From Carcharhinus longimanus (Eukaryota): DNA of 64,000 bases. The notes below the pieces were generated by a model. It made no database searches and had not been told where the DNA came from. It was given only the letters and a program-made list of their open reading frames with translations. The stretch covers positions 71,110,188 through 71,174,187 of the forward strand of contig JASCQW010000001.1 of the NCBI GenBank assembly GCA_030264375.1. The letters run 5' to 3'. Below are positions 1 through 12,348 of the stretch, one piece after another (within the stretch, counting starts at the first letter, position 1; every line of letters starts with the position of its first letter). Made by a program: the position numbers and the translations under genes.

Positions 1-559
1 ATCGGAAAGATTTGCTCTGCATTCCTGAATAAGTTTGAGCGAAATGTGTTGGGATTGTGAACTTGTTGCCAAGGAAATTATTTACATGTCATCAGGTAAC
101 AGTTAGTAGGTGCCAGCTTTCACAGAGGTAACACAAGTTCATCTGCATTAAAAGAAAAACTGAAACAGAATCTGACCCTCAGCTGTAGCACCATGTCTTT
201 CTGTTAGATGTGTAATTGAGCATTTTCCTGCTTAAGATAATTTGAGGTAGTGAGTACTATCATTACACAGCCAGTGTAAATGCCCCAGGATTTTTATTGC
301 TTTGACCTACCATGTCGTAATATGTTACAGGTTACGGGGAAGGAGTCATGTTACAGAGCACTGCACATTCTGCACGTATGCTTGCTGTTTATTTTTCCAC
401 CAAATGGAATCATTTTAATTTGCTAAGTTTCACTTGCCTGCAGAATTCGAACTTGTTTTCACAGCCTTTAAATTGAGTAGTAAATGTCTTGAGATAAAAA
501 ATATTAAGCTGACAGTAAAGACCATTGCTTCATGAATTCAAAATTAGTGGTAAAAAAGA

Positions 560-850
560 AAGACCTTAGTTCACATAGAAACCTTTATAACCTCTGACAT
601 TTCAAAGGTCTTCACAGCCAGTGTTCTTTGAAGTGCACCCATTATGGTAACATCAAAATTGTGACAATCTACGCACAGCAAGCTCCTACAAACAGCAATG
701 TGATAAATGACCAGTGGTCTGTTTCAGAGTTAAATAATTACTACGATTGCCTGTCAGAGAGTAAAGCATGATCTTTCACATCCATCCCAGAGATTAGACA
801 GAACCTCTGGCACAGTCCCCATAGAAGTTGAGATATTGTCAGCTTATTTT
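560..850 (-). mobile_element. Decayed SacSINE1/DeuSINE-like SINE
   Basis: GCACAGCAAGCTCCTACAAACAGCAATGTGATAAATGACCAG and ATCTTTCACATCCA match the better preserved copy at 18085-18597. Confidence 0.55.
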
Positions 851-866
851 GTTTATGCCCAAGAGT

Positions 867-1057
867 GGGCCTTGATCTCGCCACAGCTCCCTCCCCCCAC
901 AGTGTTGGGGGGACCCACCATTGGCCAAAAGCAGGATCTTACGGTCTCACACCCTTTTGAGAATCTAAGGTCGAAGCTTGCTGTCAGCGGGACGGGCCGG
1001 GCCGGAAAATCCCTCCATTATCCGCCTACCCTATCGTGCAAAGTCAGAACCTCGCCC
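867..1057. mobile_element. Probable MITE with imperfect GGGC..GCCC inverted termini
   Basis: GC-rich island starting GGGCCTTGATCT and ending AGAACCTCGCCC; flanks AGT/AAT. Confidence 0.4.
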
Positions 1058-1149
1058 AATGACGTTTACTAATAGCTCATTAAACAGAGTGTTTTAGGTC
1101 CAGCAAAGGAGGATTAACGGATTGATTAAGAAGGGGAAAATAGAGCATG

Positions 1150-1441
1150 AAAGTAAGCTGAGGTTGAGGTGTAAACCTTTGAGGATTGAGGTGAGGAGAA
1201 ATTTCTTCACTCAGACGGTGGTGAATGCGTAGAATTCATGACCAGAGAAAGTATTTGAGACCAAAATGTTGTGTGATTTTGGAAAGAAATTAAGTATGGC
1301 TCTTGGGGCTAAAAGAATCAGGATATATAGGGGACAGAGGGATTGCAATATTGAATTTAATGATCAGCTATGATCAAAATGAATGGCGGAGCAGCTCGAA
1401 GGACTGAATGGCCTTCTCCTGCTATTTTCTATGTTTCTATA
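1150..1441 (+). mobile_element. CR1-clade LINE 3' end
   Basis: GAGGTGAGGAGAAATTTCTTCACTCAG (ORF2 C-terminus), GAATGGCCTTCTCCTGCT, tail TTTCTATGTTTCTAT. Confidence 0.8.
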
Positions 1442-1474
1442 GTAAAGTGGATCCCTGTTGTGTTACTGAGCCAT

Positions 1475-1757
1475 TAAGTTTAAGTTTATTTATTAGTGTC
1501 ACAAGCAATTAAGTTACTGTAAAATCCCCAAGTCGCCACGCTTTGCCTCCTCTTCGGGTATACTGAGGGAGAATTTAGCATGACCAATGCACCTAACCAG
1601 CACGTCTTTTGGATTATGGGAGGAAACTAGAGCACCCGGAGGAAACCTTCGCAGGGAGAGTGTACAGATTCCACGCAGACGATGACCCAAGCTGGGAATC
1701 AAATCCAGGTCCCTGGCACTGTCAGGCAGTAGTGCTAACAAATGTACCACCGTTCTG
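1475..1757 (-). mobile_element. tRNA-derived V-SINE, tail type B (CTTGTGACACTAATAAA)
   Basis: On the minus strand: tRNA-like head, V-core GGTTTCCTCCGGGTGCTC, tail ending AATAAATAAACTT. Confidence 0.85.
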
Positions 1758-2640
1758 CGAAAGATCAGGAAGACTCTGAGTCCGATCTCTTGTCTGTGCT
1801 CAGCTATCTCAGTGGTTGAGAATAAGACAATTAGCTTCTGTGTCGCTGGGCTAAAGTTTCCAGAAAAATTGGGAGGGGTATTAGCGCCTGATCATTACTC
1901 AGACCCTTATGTTACAGTGACAAGATTGAGACCCAATTAAAACTAAAGAAAGTATACAAATGGCCATTAAAAGTAGTTTTTGCAATGTTAGCTAAATTCT
2001 TAAGTTGAACAGGATAAATCTCTTACTAGAAATGGAAGAAGTGCTGACATTGTTGAACAAACCCTATTTTGAGCAGTGTGGTTTCAGGTTAGCTTGAAAT
2101 TCTTATCTGTGGAATGCAATTAGTCAGGGTTGGATCGTTCAATGAATAACATTAAATCAATGTCTGTGAGTTTCCTCACTTGATTATATTTAGTGGTCTC
2201 AGACTGATTTTATACACTTTCGTGGAGAGTTAAATATATTTATTTCAGGATCTAAAACACTGAGCTCAGCGAGCGAAATAATCTTATTTTTGTTCAATGA
2301 TTCCCGTCCTGCTCATTTACTCTTATCGCGCTTCTGTTTTTAGCCTTTTGTTTCTCTTCATTGTTTGGTTCCTGTTTCCTTTTTGATGGAGCTCTATCTT
2401 TTGGCAGGGGGTATTCACAGATACTCCTTATTTTTGGAGACCAAGTTAATGATGAAAAAGTGCAGCAGCCCTGAAATTCCTGGGCTGGGAGAGGGCACTA
2501 ATCAAGATTTGATGGGATAGGAAATGTCTGTTGGAGCTTATCCATGCTGGCAGAGGCTCTGTGCAATTTTGCATCAGGCTGAGAAAGTGCCCACCCCACA
2601 GTAGCAGCCACATGGTAATGCCAAAGTTCACCCTAGTAAA

Positions 2641-3200
2641 TTCATAGATTCATAAGATCATACAGCAGTAAAGGAGGCCATTTGGTCCACAACCTGTGTT
2701 GGCTCATTGATAGAGCTACTCAATCAATATTACTCCTCTATTCTTCCGCCATGGCATTATCTTTTTGCCCATTCAAAAATTTTGAAATTTATATATAGTC
2801 ACAATTAGGCTTGCATTAACACTGCGATGAAGCTACTATGAAAATCCCCAAGTCGCCACACTCCGGTGCCTGTTTGGGTACACTGAGGGAGAGTTTAGCC
2901 TGGCCAATGCACATAACCAGCTTGTCCCTCAGACTGTGGAAGGAAACCCATGCAGACATGAGGAGAATGTGCAAACTCCACACAGACAGTGACCCAAACC
3001 GGGAATCGAACCTTGGTCCCTGGCGCTGTGAGATAGCAGTGCTAACTACCATGCCACCCATTCAAGTTACTGTTGAATCTGCTTTCACTACTCTTTCAGC
3101 AGTGCATTCTAGATCACAACTCATGTCACCACTGGAAACTCTTCCTCATCTACTCTATCAACATTTTGAACACCTCAATAAAATCTCCTCTGACCTGCTA
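2641..3200 (-). mobile_element. CR1-like 3' end interrupted by the SINE at 2785-3059
   Basis: CATAGATTCATAAGATCATA tail, GGAGGCCATTTGG; resumes at 3060 with GTTACTGTTGAATCTGCTTTCAC. Confidence 0.65.
2785..3059 (-). mobile_element. V-SINE, tail type B
   Basis: CCGGGAATCGAACC (B box, reverse), AAATCCCCAAGTCGCCACACTCCGG. Confidence 0.85.
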
Positions 3201-3212
3201 GCTAGATTTGAA

Positions 3213-3512
3213 GAGGTGGCACAGTGATTAGCACTGCTGCCTCACAGCGCCAGGGACCTGTATTCAATTCCAGTCTTGGATGACTGTGTAGAATTCGTAC
3301 ATCCTCCATGTCTGCATGGGTTTCCTCTGGGTGCTGCGGTTTCCTCTGGCAGTCCAAAGATGTGTGGATTAGGTGGATTGGTTTGACAAATTGCCCCTTA
3401 ATCAAGGGGATTAGCAGGGTAAATACATTGGGTTACAGGGATAAAACCTGGATGCGATTGTTGTCTGTGCAGGCTAAATGGGCTCCTTCTGCACTGTAAG
3501 GATTCTATGATT
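3213..3512 (+). mobile_element. HE1-type V-SINE with CR1-derived tail
   Basis: GGCACAGTGATTAGCACTGCTGCCTCACAGCGCCAGGGACC head; tail CCTTCTGCACTGTAAGGATTCTATGATT. Confidence 0.85.
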
Positions 3513-3514
3513 GA

Positions 3515-4005
3515 CAGGTTTGTGGAATGGACAGAGAGAAATTCAGTGCAGGAAAGTTTGGGGTGATACATTTTGACAATAGGATTGAGGAGAAAAAAAA
3601 AGTACAAAATGGTACCATTGTAAACAGTGTGCAAAATGAGGGCAACCTAAGATTGCCTGTGCACAAATCTTTGATAGCAGGACTGGTTAACTAAGCAATT
3701 AGTGAAACATATGAAGATTCTGGGCATTGTAAATTGAGCTACAGAATACAAAATTTGGGAAATTATGCTGAACCTAAATAAAATACTAGTTCAACCCCAG
3801 TTAGAGTTCTAGCCCAGTATTGGTCACCACACATTGGACAGGATTTTCCAGCTACACTCGTCCCAAGACCAAAAGTTCCTGCCTGAGGTCAAGAGATCTT
3901 TGCATGGTCAGCTGAACTTTCTATCCCACCTGCTATGATTCCCGTGGTGGGTGGGACGGGAAAGTTCCATCCTTTGAGAAAGATATGAAGGTTTTGGTGA
4001 GGATA
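3515..4005 (+). mobile_element. Decayed CR1 ORF2 fragment interrupted by a MITE
   Basis: Degenerate reading matches CR1 'MLNLYKTLVRPQLEY..QYWSPH..KD'. Confidence 0.6.
3836..3972. mobile_element. MITE, PIF/Harbinger-like TIR family, copy A
   Basis: GGACAGGATTTT...AAAGTTCCATCC; internally alignable to 37808-37943. Confidence 0.75.
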
Positions 4006-4073
4006 AGAACATAAGAACATAAGAAATAGGAGCAGGAGTAGGCCAACTAGCCCTTCGAGCCTGCCCCGCCATT
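4002..4073 (-). mobile_element. Young CR1 3' end running into a gap
   Basis: ATAAGAACATAAGAACATAAGAAATAGGAGCAGGAGTAGGCC. Confidence 0.8.
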
Positions 4074-4173
4074 NNNNNNNNNNNNNNNNNNNNNNNNNNN
4101 NNNNNNNNNNNNNNNNNNNNNNNNNNNNNNNNNNNNNNNNNNNNNNNNNNNNNNNNNNNNNNNNNNNNNNNNN

Positions 4174-4247
4174 AGGTTGGACTAAAACCTGGTGTTGTCA
4201 GACTTTTTACTGTGTTTACGCCAGTCCAACGCCGGCATACCCACATC
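4174..4247 (+). mobile_element. Penelope-like terminal repeat, 3' tip
   Basis: GGTTGGACTAAAACCTGGTGTTGTCAGACTTTTTACTGTG...CCAACGCCGGCATACCCACATCA; homologous to 12349-12544, which carries a hammerhead motif. Confidence 0.65.
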
Positions 4248-4440
4248 AGGCCAATTCAGGCACGGAATGTCCTGGCACATGCTGGGAGATGAAAAGCAGC
4301 AGGAAGTTGCCAGAAAAGCCCTGTCAATCGTTCAGCATCAGAAGGGAACCAAGTTATCTCAGCTTTGCCAATCCAGTACTGGCGCACTTTCCGAGACCTG
4401 TCACTGGTGGCCTGCCTCAGGAGGCTGCATCTCAATCATA

Positions 4441-4520
4441 ATAAAAGCAGAAAGTGCTGGAAATATCAGCAGGTCTGGCAGCATCCGTGGGGAGAGAAAC
4501 TAAGTTAACATTTCCAGTTA
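4441..4520. repeat. Single arm of the palindromic repeat at 42741-42896
   Basis: AAAGCAGAAAGTGCTGGAAATATCAGCAGGTCTGGCAGCATC; similar arms at ~25470, ~32075, ~55130. Confidence 0.65.
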
Positions 4521-4747
4521 AATGTGACGCCCCAATTGCTAACTCTCATATTTGAAGACTGCCCCCTACAAAATTCAGCAGAGAGCACCATTTAGTCACT
4601 GTGGAAGCCACTGCCTGGCTTGGTGATGACTGCACCTGTTAATAGTAATAAACCCAGAAAACCACAGGAGCCTTTCGCTTTTACATTCTCTATTAGTCAA
4701 GTGACTGATGCCTCCTCTGGACTGGGTTCACTGAGTTTGATCATACA

Positions 4748-4977
4748 ATTTAAAATCTCACCAACTGTCCTGGCTTGAGACAATTCACATCTCTTTAACC
4801 TGTGCTTAACCCTCTCTCCACTCACATTGTCTGTACCTTTAAGACTTGATTAACTATTACAACTCGCATTCCAACCATTGTCTTGTAAATTGAAATGAAC
4901 CCGTTGTACTTTAACCTGATGTTGTGAGACTTCTTACTGTGCCTACTCCAATCCAGTGCCGGCATCTCCACATCACA
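4748..4977 (+). mobile_element. Penelope-like terminal repeat lacking the ribozyme segment
   Basis: Ends ACTTTAACCTGATGTTGTGAGACTTCTTACTGTG...GCCGGCATCTCCACATCACA. Confidence 0.65.
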
Positions 4978-5096
4978 ATTTGATAATACTTCCATACACA
5001 TGATGAAGAGGACCATGAGCACTGGGGATTTTGCTCATTATCTTCTCTGATTTCCTCCTTCCACAGCTACTATGTACTGAAATGTTCTTAAGTCCC

Positions 5097-5340
5097 CTTT
5101 TTAAATTCTCTCACAGGATGTGGGTGTCACTGGATAGACCAGCATCCATTGCCTGTTCTTTGATCCTTTGAGAAAGTGGCGATGAGCTACCTTCTTGAAC
5201 TACTACAGTCCATATGGTGTAGGCACACCCACACTGCTGTCAGACAGGGAGTTCCAAGATTTTGACCAAGTTACAGTGAAAGAACAGCAATGTTGTTGCA
5301 AGTCAAGAGGGTGTATGAATTGGAGGGGAACTTGCCTAGA
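5097..5340 (-). mobile_element. LINE (CR1 group) 3' end sharing its terminus with the SINEs at 16760 and 19775
   Basis: Minus strand reads ..GSKSWNSLSDSSVGVPTPYGL..FKK..; same terminal sequence as those SINEs. Confidence 0.6.
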
Positions 5341-6225
5341 AAGAGGATGTTCTTACTTGCTTTTGAGATAGACAAGCTTCCAGTAAGATTTTATTGGCTA
5401 TCTGTATTAGTAACTGTTGTTACTATCCACTTTAAATGGCACTGAGAGTTACCCATATATTTTGAAACTGGAGCCACCAGACCAAGATGATGCAATAATA
5501 GTTTTGCATCCCTGAAGGGCAAGGACAGATGGATTTTGATGACAATCCAACAGCTCTGTTACTGCCAGGCCGAAAATGACCACACTTACTGAATTTGTCT
5601 TTCATAACTTCAAATGATGAGGTTTGAATTTATAATCTTTGGATTTAATCCCATACCAGAACCAGTGTACTGCAGCATTCACCAATTAGAATCCAAAATA
5701 TTTCTATTGCAACTAATGTCCTCCCCTTTAACAAGCAGGATTGCTGTTTATGACTTTATGTGCAACTGACATAACCGTGCAATTCAGGACATTTCTGGGT
5801 AAGCAGCCTGGTGTATTGGAAATGGAAGTTTGGCTATAATGAAGAACATATTACTTATTTGCTGTGCTCTAAACGGGCTTTGTGAATGAAGGCTTTTGGG
5901 GAAGTGTGCTTTGAGGGAATGAACATGAGTGGCCAAGCAAAGCACGGCTGACAAATTTAAGCATGAGCAAAAGGGCCGATCAAACATGTTCAACCAATAT
6001 TTGTAAACACAGGAACATTCGTCGACATTTCAACTCATAGAGTTCATTCCATTACTCTACTAGCAATGGCAGCTTGATAACTTTTTCCCAACTTCTGACC
6101 TCTCTCATTATCCCTTACTTCCTAGTAAGTTGCTCGTTTGAATTATATACATCAGAGACCAATGGAAGTCCTAGAATAAATCGGATCACAGAAGAAATAG
6201 TACAGAAGGAGGCCATTTGACTTAT

Positions 6226-7234
6226 GGGGAGAATTTTATGACTTTTTTTATAAGTGTTCAACTAGCATGAAAACGGGAGCGATCCTGGTCCGTTTTTTGG
6301 GTGTGAAAACTCACCCGATCATATGCACTCAGTGTTTGGAAAAATGAGCTAGACCATTCCTAGCCACCAGAGGCAGCGGGCAGAGTCTAATTCTTCAGAT
6401 AGCAGCAGTTCAGATCAGAGTCACAAACCAGGCATGCACAGGAAAACCGGGAAAAAAAATAGATCTGCTGACAGAGCCTCCCCCAAGAGCCCTGGGCCAG
6501 ATAAGCCTCCCCCACCAACACCTCCCCCCCCCCCACAAGGATATTGGGCACTGCCCCGCACCCGCCCCACCACCTCCCAGACCCCTTGCACATGTCTCCC
6601 TCATCACCATCCCTGGCCCAATGGCTGACTGACATGGCCTCTCTCTCTCCCCTGCCCCACATCATCACAGATGTACAAATCCTAGCCCCACTCTCCATCA
6701 GCACTCCATCGCCCGCCTGCAACAATACTTGCTGCTACTTGCAGTAGGGCCCAGAGTCAGTGGTCTGACCTGACTCCGTGCTGAGAGTTCAAGTTTGGAT
6801 TTTGCGAGCAGCAACAGCATCCACCCCCCCACAACCCCTCCACATGCACAGGACTCCACAATGTGAAATGCAACATGGCTGCCATGAAACAAAGCCCCCT
6901 GAGCAGCTCAGAGCAGTTTGAACACAGAGACTTACCTCCTCACTCACCCGCTCTGCTTAAGTGCCTGAATCCAATGTTTGTAGAGGAGGTATTTTCTGTC
7001 CGATCTGGTGGCAGTGAATGAGGTGGTTAAGGCAGGTGAGCTGGGCCGATTGGGAGTGAAACTTGTCAATGACATTGTGATGAATGCAAAAAAAATGCAG
7101 ATTGATGTTTCATCCATTTTGGGTGGGGTCCCGATCATGCCAATTTTTTTTCTTGGTAAAATGGGAATGGAAGCGAAAACGGGCACCATTCCCTCTAGTT
7201 GCATCACGTACGATTTTACAACATTTTCCTGCCC
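6226..7234. mobile_element. Non-autonomous TIR element (~1 kb), Harbinger-like termini, inserted in a CR1 tail
   Basis: GGGGAGAATTTT...ATTTTCCTGCCC; C-rich interior; CR1 tail sequence on both sides. Confidence 0.6.
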
Positions 7235-8030
7235 ACCATGTCCTTTCTGACTCTTTGAAAGAGATATCCAGTCAAACTCACTCTCCAGCCCTTTTCCCAT
7301 ACACTTACAAATGTTTTCCTTTCAAGTGTTTATCCAGATTAATTTTGAAAATAGTTATTGAATCGGTTTCCACAACCTCTCAGGCAGTACATTTCAGATC
7401 ATAACATTTTGCAGTGCAAAAATATTCCCCTTCTTGTCTCTGCTTCTTTTGCGGATCACCTTAAATCTTTGTATTTTCTTTTACTGACTCTCATTAAATG
7501 GAAATAGTNNNNNNNNNNNNNNNNNNNNNNNNNNNNNNNNNNNNNNNNNNNNNNNNNNNNNNNNNNNNNNNNNNNNNNNNNNNNNNNNNNNNNNNNNNNN
7601 NNNNNNNNGACTCTCATTAAATGGAAATAGTTTCTCCTTGTTTACTCTAGCAAACTGATTCATGGTTTGGTGCACCTCTGTTAAATCACCCTTAACATTC
7701 CCTGTTGTGAGGAGAACAACCCCAACATCTCTAGCCTCTCCACAAAACAGATGTCCTGCATCCTTGATAACACTCTGGACAATCTCTTCCACATCCTCTC
7801 TAACTAATGACATTCTTGATAAAGTGTAAACCCAGAACCCAATATTGCAGTTGAAGCCTAACCAATGCTTTATAAAGGTTTAGCAAAAGTCCTGCTTTTG
7901 TACTCGATGCCTCCATTTATAAGGCAAGAATCATAACAGCTTCTCAAGCTCTGCTGTGTCCTCAATAACGTGTACATATACTCCCATGTTTCGCTGTTCT
8001 GGCACTTCCTGTATAATAGTATAATTTCAT
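7235..8030 (-). mobile_element. CR1 ORF2 3' region
   Basis: Minus ORF contains GDLTEVHQTM...RVNKEKLFP, a CR1 C-terminal motif. Confidence 0.75.
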
Positions 8031-8037
8031 TTATGTT

Positions 8038-8837
8038 GGGTGGAATGTTCCCAAAGTGTCCTTTTGAGTGAGAAAAGCTCTGTGAATCATGCCAGCATGT
8101 CTTGCATGAATCAGATCACAATCTACCTGCACTTAATCATTTTCTTTTGGGAGAGGGGTAAGTTTAGCACCAGTCCTGAGAGGGGCCAGGCCTAAACACA
8201 CCAGCAAGCCCAGCTTCACAGAGATCTGGCACTGTTTTTAGAGGGCACCCTCAAAGTGAAAATGAAGAGCCTATTCCCTCCCTCCACAGATATTGAGACC
8301 ACACCTCCTCCTTATTGAAGGCATGTTTTCCCATCCCTGACCCCCATCATGGCATTAGGGCCCTCCCAATGGGTCCACCTTCATGTCCCACCCCCTTCAC
8401 ACTGCTGCCAGCACCCTGGCACTGCCCCCTGACAGTGCCACCCTAGAAGGGTCATCCTGGTGGTGCCAAGTGGCACTTCCAGGTTGGCACTGCCAGATGG
8501 GAACTGCCAGCTATGTACCTGGTCACCCAGGGATATCAAGGGCCTTTGAGCCCCACAGCATGGCTATCAGGCCTGGAGATCAGTTGTGATTCACACTAGG
8601 TTCCTGCTGCGTCTGAGAGTCAGAGAATCCCGGGAGCAGGAACAATCCAGCTAGGAATTGACTAAGCATATGCTCACTGGGCAGGAACCAGATTATATTG
8701 TGGCATGGTGGCTGGGAGAATCCCAATGGAGTCTTGCACTAGCGCTAACTGTGCGAGGCACCTCCACCTGATTCTCTGACCCCACTGCGCTCCAATACGA
8801 TTTGTACCAGGTGCAACGTGGCCGTAAAATCAGCCCC
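8038..8837. mobile_element. Non-autonomous TIR element (800 bp), Harbinger-like termini
   Basis: GGGTGGAATGTT...AAAATCAGCCCC; flanks GTT/ATT; repeated GGCAC/GTGCC motifs inside. Confidence 0.6.
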
Positions 8838-8872
8838 ATTATCTTTCCGATCAAAATGTATCATTTCACACT

Positions 8873-9196
8873 TAGAATCATAGAGTCCCAACAGTGCAGA
8901 AGGAGGCCATTCAGCCCATCGGGTCTGTACTGATCGCAAGCTCACCCAGGCTCTATTCCCATAACCTCATAAATTTACCCTGTTAATCCCCTGATACTAT
9001 GGCCATGCTAAATTGACCGATCAACCTAACCCGCATATCTTTGGATTGTGGGAGGAAACCGGAGCACCCAGAAGAAACCCACGCAGACATGGGGAGAAAG
9101 TGCAAATTTCACATAGACACTGACCCAAGGCCAGAATTGAACCTGGGTCCCTGACGCTGTGAGGCAGCTGTGCTAACTGTGCTACCATGTTGCCCC
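8873..9196 (-). mobile_element. HE1-type V-SINE
   Basis: TAGAATCATAGAGTCCCAACAGTGCAGAAGGAGGCCATTC...GAATTGAACCTGGGTCCCTG. Confidence 0.9.
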
Positions 9197-10095
9197 AAAG
9201 TTCTCTAAGTTCAATTTAAATTGCAGGAGGATTTGGAAGAAGCAAAGGTGGTTCCAGTTATGGAATAAATTCTTTGGATGGAAAGCTATTTGAGGCACTA
9301 TAAAAAGCAACACTAAATGTTGCATTGATTCAGTCACAGTATATAAAGCAACGCAAGCATTGTTGAATTGCAGGAATCTCATGTGGTAAACCTAATCTAG
9401 CTAATGAAGATCTCATGGTTAAGACACATTTGAAATTATTGACTATGATTTCATGTTTTAAACAGTGAAGGTCAGTCACCATAAACCAATTATGAACTCA
9501 TAAATCATGCCTGAGAAACTCCAGGCACCATTTGCAACATTATCAGTTGTTTATGTTGAACTGCAGTCACAAGTTTAACAGCAGCTAAGTATATTTACAA
9601 AAAAATACAGATTTTCCATTTGCGCATTCACAGTGGAAAGTCGAAACCTGTAAAGAATGAATAATGCAGTGACCATGCTCAGCTGCAAGTAGTAATGTGG
9701 AGACTGAAAACAACTCATAAAGTCTCACCTATATGAAGGAAATGGGTAAGGCGTTAGGAAACTGAATGATCCTTGCATTGAATTTCATACCACTTTAATA
9801 TCAGTAAAGTAAAAATAAAACTGTAACTGCTTTGTTTGAATTCTGTCACTCTGCTGTGAGCAGAGCTTAACATCGCAATCTGTGTAAACACCAAGTGCTA
9901 TTAATAATCCACCGGACTGCTGCCATTCTGGGCCTGCTGTTCAAGATGTCATTGTTTAGCACTGAGCAGCCCAAGTACAAGTCTTCTGATCACGCAGCTC
10001 TTGAATGTTCCTCACTATTCATGAATTTAAGGTGAGATTCATGTACCATTCTGTTGCTGCTTTAAAGACACTATGAAAGACTGGAATTAGTAACC

Positions 10096-10470
10096 TGGGA
10101 GAGATTTTCCCAAAAAGTTTCTAATTGTCATGGGAGACCGGAGACCTCCGTGCCAGTCTTTTAGGTGAGCTCGGCACTGCAACCTTCCAGCATTTTAACC
10201 ATTTCTTTGACAACTGAGAACTTTGCATGGGGTGGAGGGTGAGGTCTAAGTGCACCAGTGAAGCCAGCTTCAGAGCGCCGAGGCACCATTGAGCAGGATA
10301 CGCCATCTGCTATTGAAGTAGGAAATCTCCACCCATCCCTCCCACATGGACATTGGGAGCATACACACACACCCCCACCACCCCTCCCCACATCCACCAC
10401 CACCATCATCAACAGCATTGTCACCTCCTTTGCACCAACATGGGTCACCAGTATCAGGGCATCGCCAGGC
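10096..10470. mobile_element. Truncated relative of the 6226/8038 TIR elements
   Basis: Starts GGGAGAGATTTTCCCAAAAAGTTTCTAA; interior collinear with 8038-8400. Confidence 0.55.
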
Positions 10471-11869
10471 ATGGATTGGATTTTTGACCTATCTCGCTAT
10501 CTTCCCCACTCGCTACACTCAGTGACCGGCACGGCAAACCAATAATATTGCGTTCCATTTCTTTCAGTGCATCCAAAATCATTTTACAGCCAGGGCAGTG
10601 CCTCTTTTTAAAGTGTAGTCACTGTAAGAACGTGAATATTGCAGTAAGTGGAAATTGTTGTTCACAGCACATTAATGGATAAAGCAAGGGAATAGCAAAT
10701 GGGAAATTTTGCAATCCAAAACTAATCTTCATTGAATTTGACTCATCAGTTTGGAAAAAATGAAACAGCACTCATGTTAGTTATACAAGGCAGGAATGGA
10801 AAATGAATTGGGAGTGGCTCCATTCATCCACTCCTCCTGAAGAACAGCCAAGGATATTAGGGTTTCCATAGATAATTATGTGGATGGATAATTCTAGCCT
10901 TCAGCCTCAGGAAGATGGCATGCATCTGGAAGCTAAATGTGGGAGAGGAGGAGGGAAGCAGCCAAATAAAATGAAATAAATTAACCATTTAAGGAGCAAA
11001 ATTCAAAGCACAAGATGGAAATGTCACTACAGCACATCACACAAAATCCAAATGGAACAAAAGAAAAAGATTTTGCTTTGGTATCTTGAAAGCCAAATTA
11101 CATCTGATCATAATTTCCCTGGCTGGAGATAAATTCAAGGTGTGGGTAAACATCTGGAGAATGTACATCTGCAACAGCTGTTCCAAGCAACTGGATGGAT
11201 CTAGCAAGAGAAAGATCTCTATTATTCTATTCTTCAATTTTCTACTCAACATAAAAATACTGTGCGTGTTTACAATAAGAAATGTGAAATCCAAACCCGA
11301 CAGCTGAGTGACTTTACTCTATAACACAGAATATTACCTCCAAAATGGTGTCTGGGACATGCACGCACGCACACTTCCAGTAGCAGCTGGCAGATTGTGG
11401 TGTCAGCATGTGTGTAAAGCTGATTTGATACCAATAGCGTCAGTTTGGAGCTTAATGCTCCAGCTAACAACCATTGTTAACCTTGCACAGCTGAACAAGC
11501 GCTCAGCAGCAACAAAGGTACCACCCAGACCTCCTCCCACCAGCTTCGCCACCCCCCTCCCCCCCACACCCTGCCCACTCCCCCCAACCCTCGTGTTAAT
11601 TGAAGGGATCACCAACTACTTTCAGATTTGATGTTTGGTTCTTTTACTGGTTGCTTTTGCGGTTGTAAAAATTTTTGGTGGTTTCCAAAGTTATTTAATG
11701 GTACAGGCAGTAAAGGGTTTTACTGAAATATTACTTGCTCCCAGATATGAATGCAATAGTTCGTGTCTCCCCTTGGTCTGCAGCATGACAGACGGAATGA
11801 ACAGAAATGATGCAGAAAAAGACAAACTTCTGGAAGAGGGAGGAGAAGAGTGAGTACGGCTCCAGCAAA

Positions 11870-12018
11870 GATGTATAGGTCAGCTGGATTAGCCATGGTA
11901 AATGATGGGGTCACAGGGACAGGACAGGGGGGTTGGCTTAGTAAGATGCTGTTTTGGAAAGTTAGTGTGGACTCAGTGGGCCAAATGGCCTCCTTCTGCA
12001 CTGTGGGGATTTGATGTT
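11870..12018 (+). mobile_element. HE1-type SINE, 3' half
   Basis: GGCCAAATGGCCTCCTTCTGCACTGT tail. Confidence 0.7.
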
Positions 12019-12348
12019 TCTAACATTGGGCCATATCCTCCAGGGTGTTCAGTGAGCAATTCTCCAAACAGAAATTCAGTCAGAAACAGTGTGTCTGACA
12101 TCTCTATTTTACTAAGGACATCATCACAAAATCTGCCACTTGCTGTGACTTCAGAGCAGGGAGAAAACAGCATTGCTGATGACTGTGACGGTGATCATGG
12201 TAATGAACTTTTATGCACCTGAATCTTTCACGTGAAGCTAGCAGTATTTGCAGTGTCTTCCAGTTCACTCACTGCTGTTGCACAAGGGAGGTCACTGAAG
12301 TGCTTGATTTCACAAGTTAAAGACTTTTCATTCTATTTCATCAAAGAA

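Noticed and set aside
7486-7631. Identical direct repeat GACTCTCATTAAATGGAAATAGT on both sides of a 100-N gap
   Set aside because: Typical overlapping contig ends around a placeholder gap; assembly artefact, not a TSD or CRISPR repeat.
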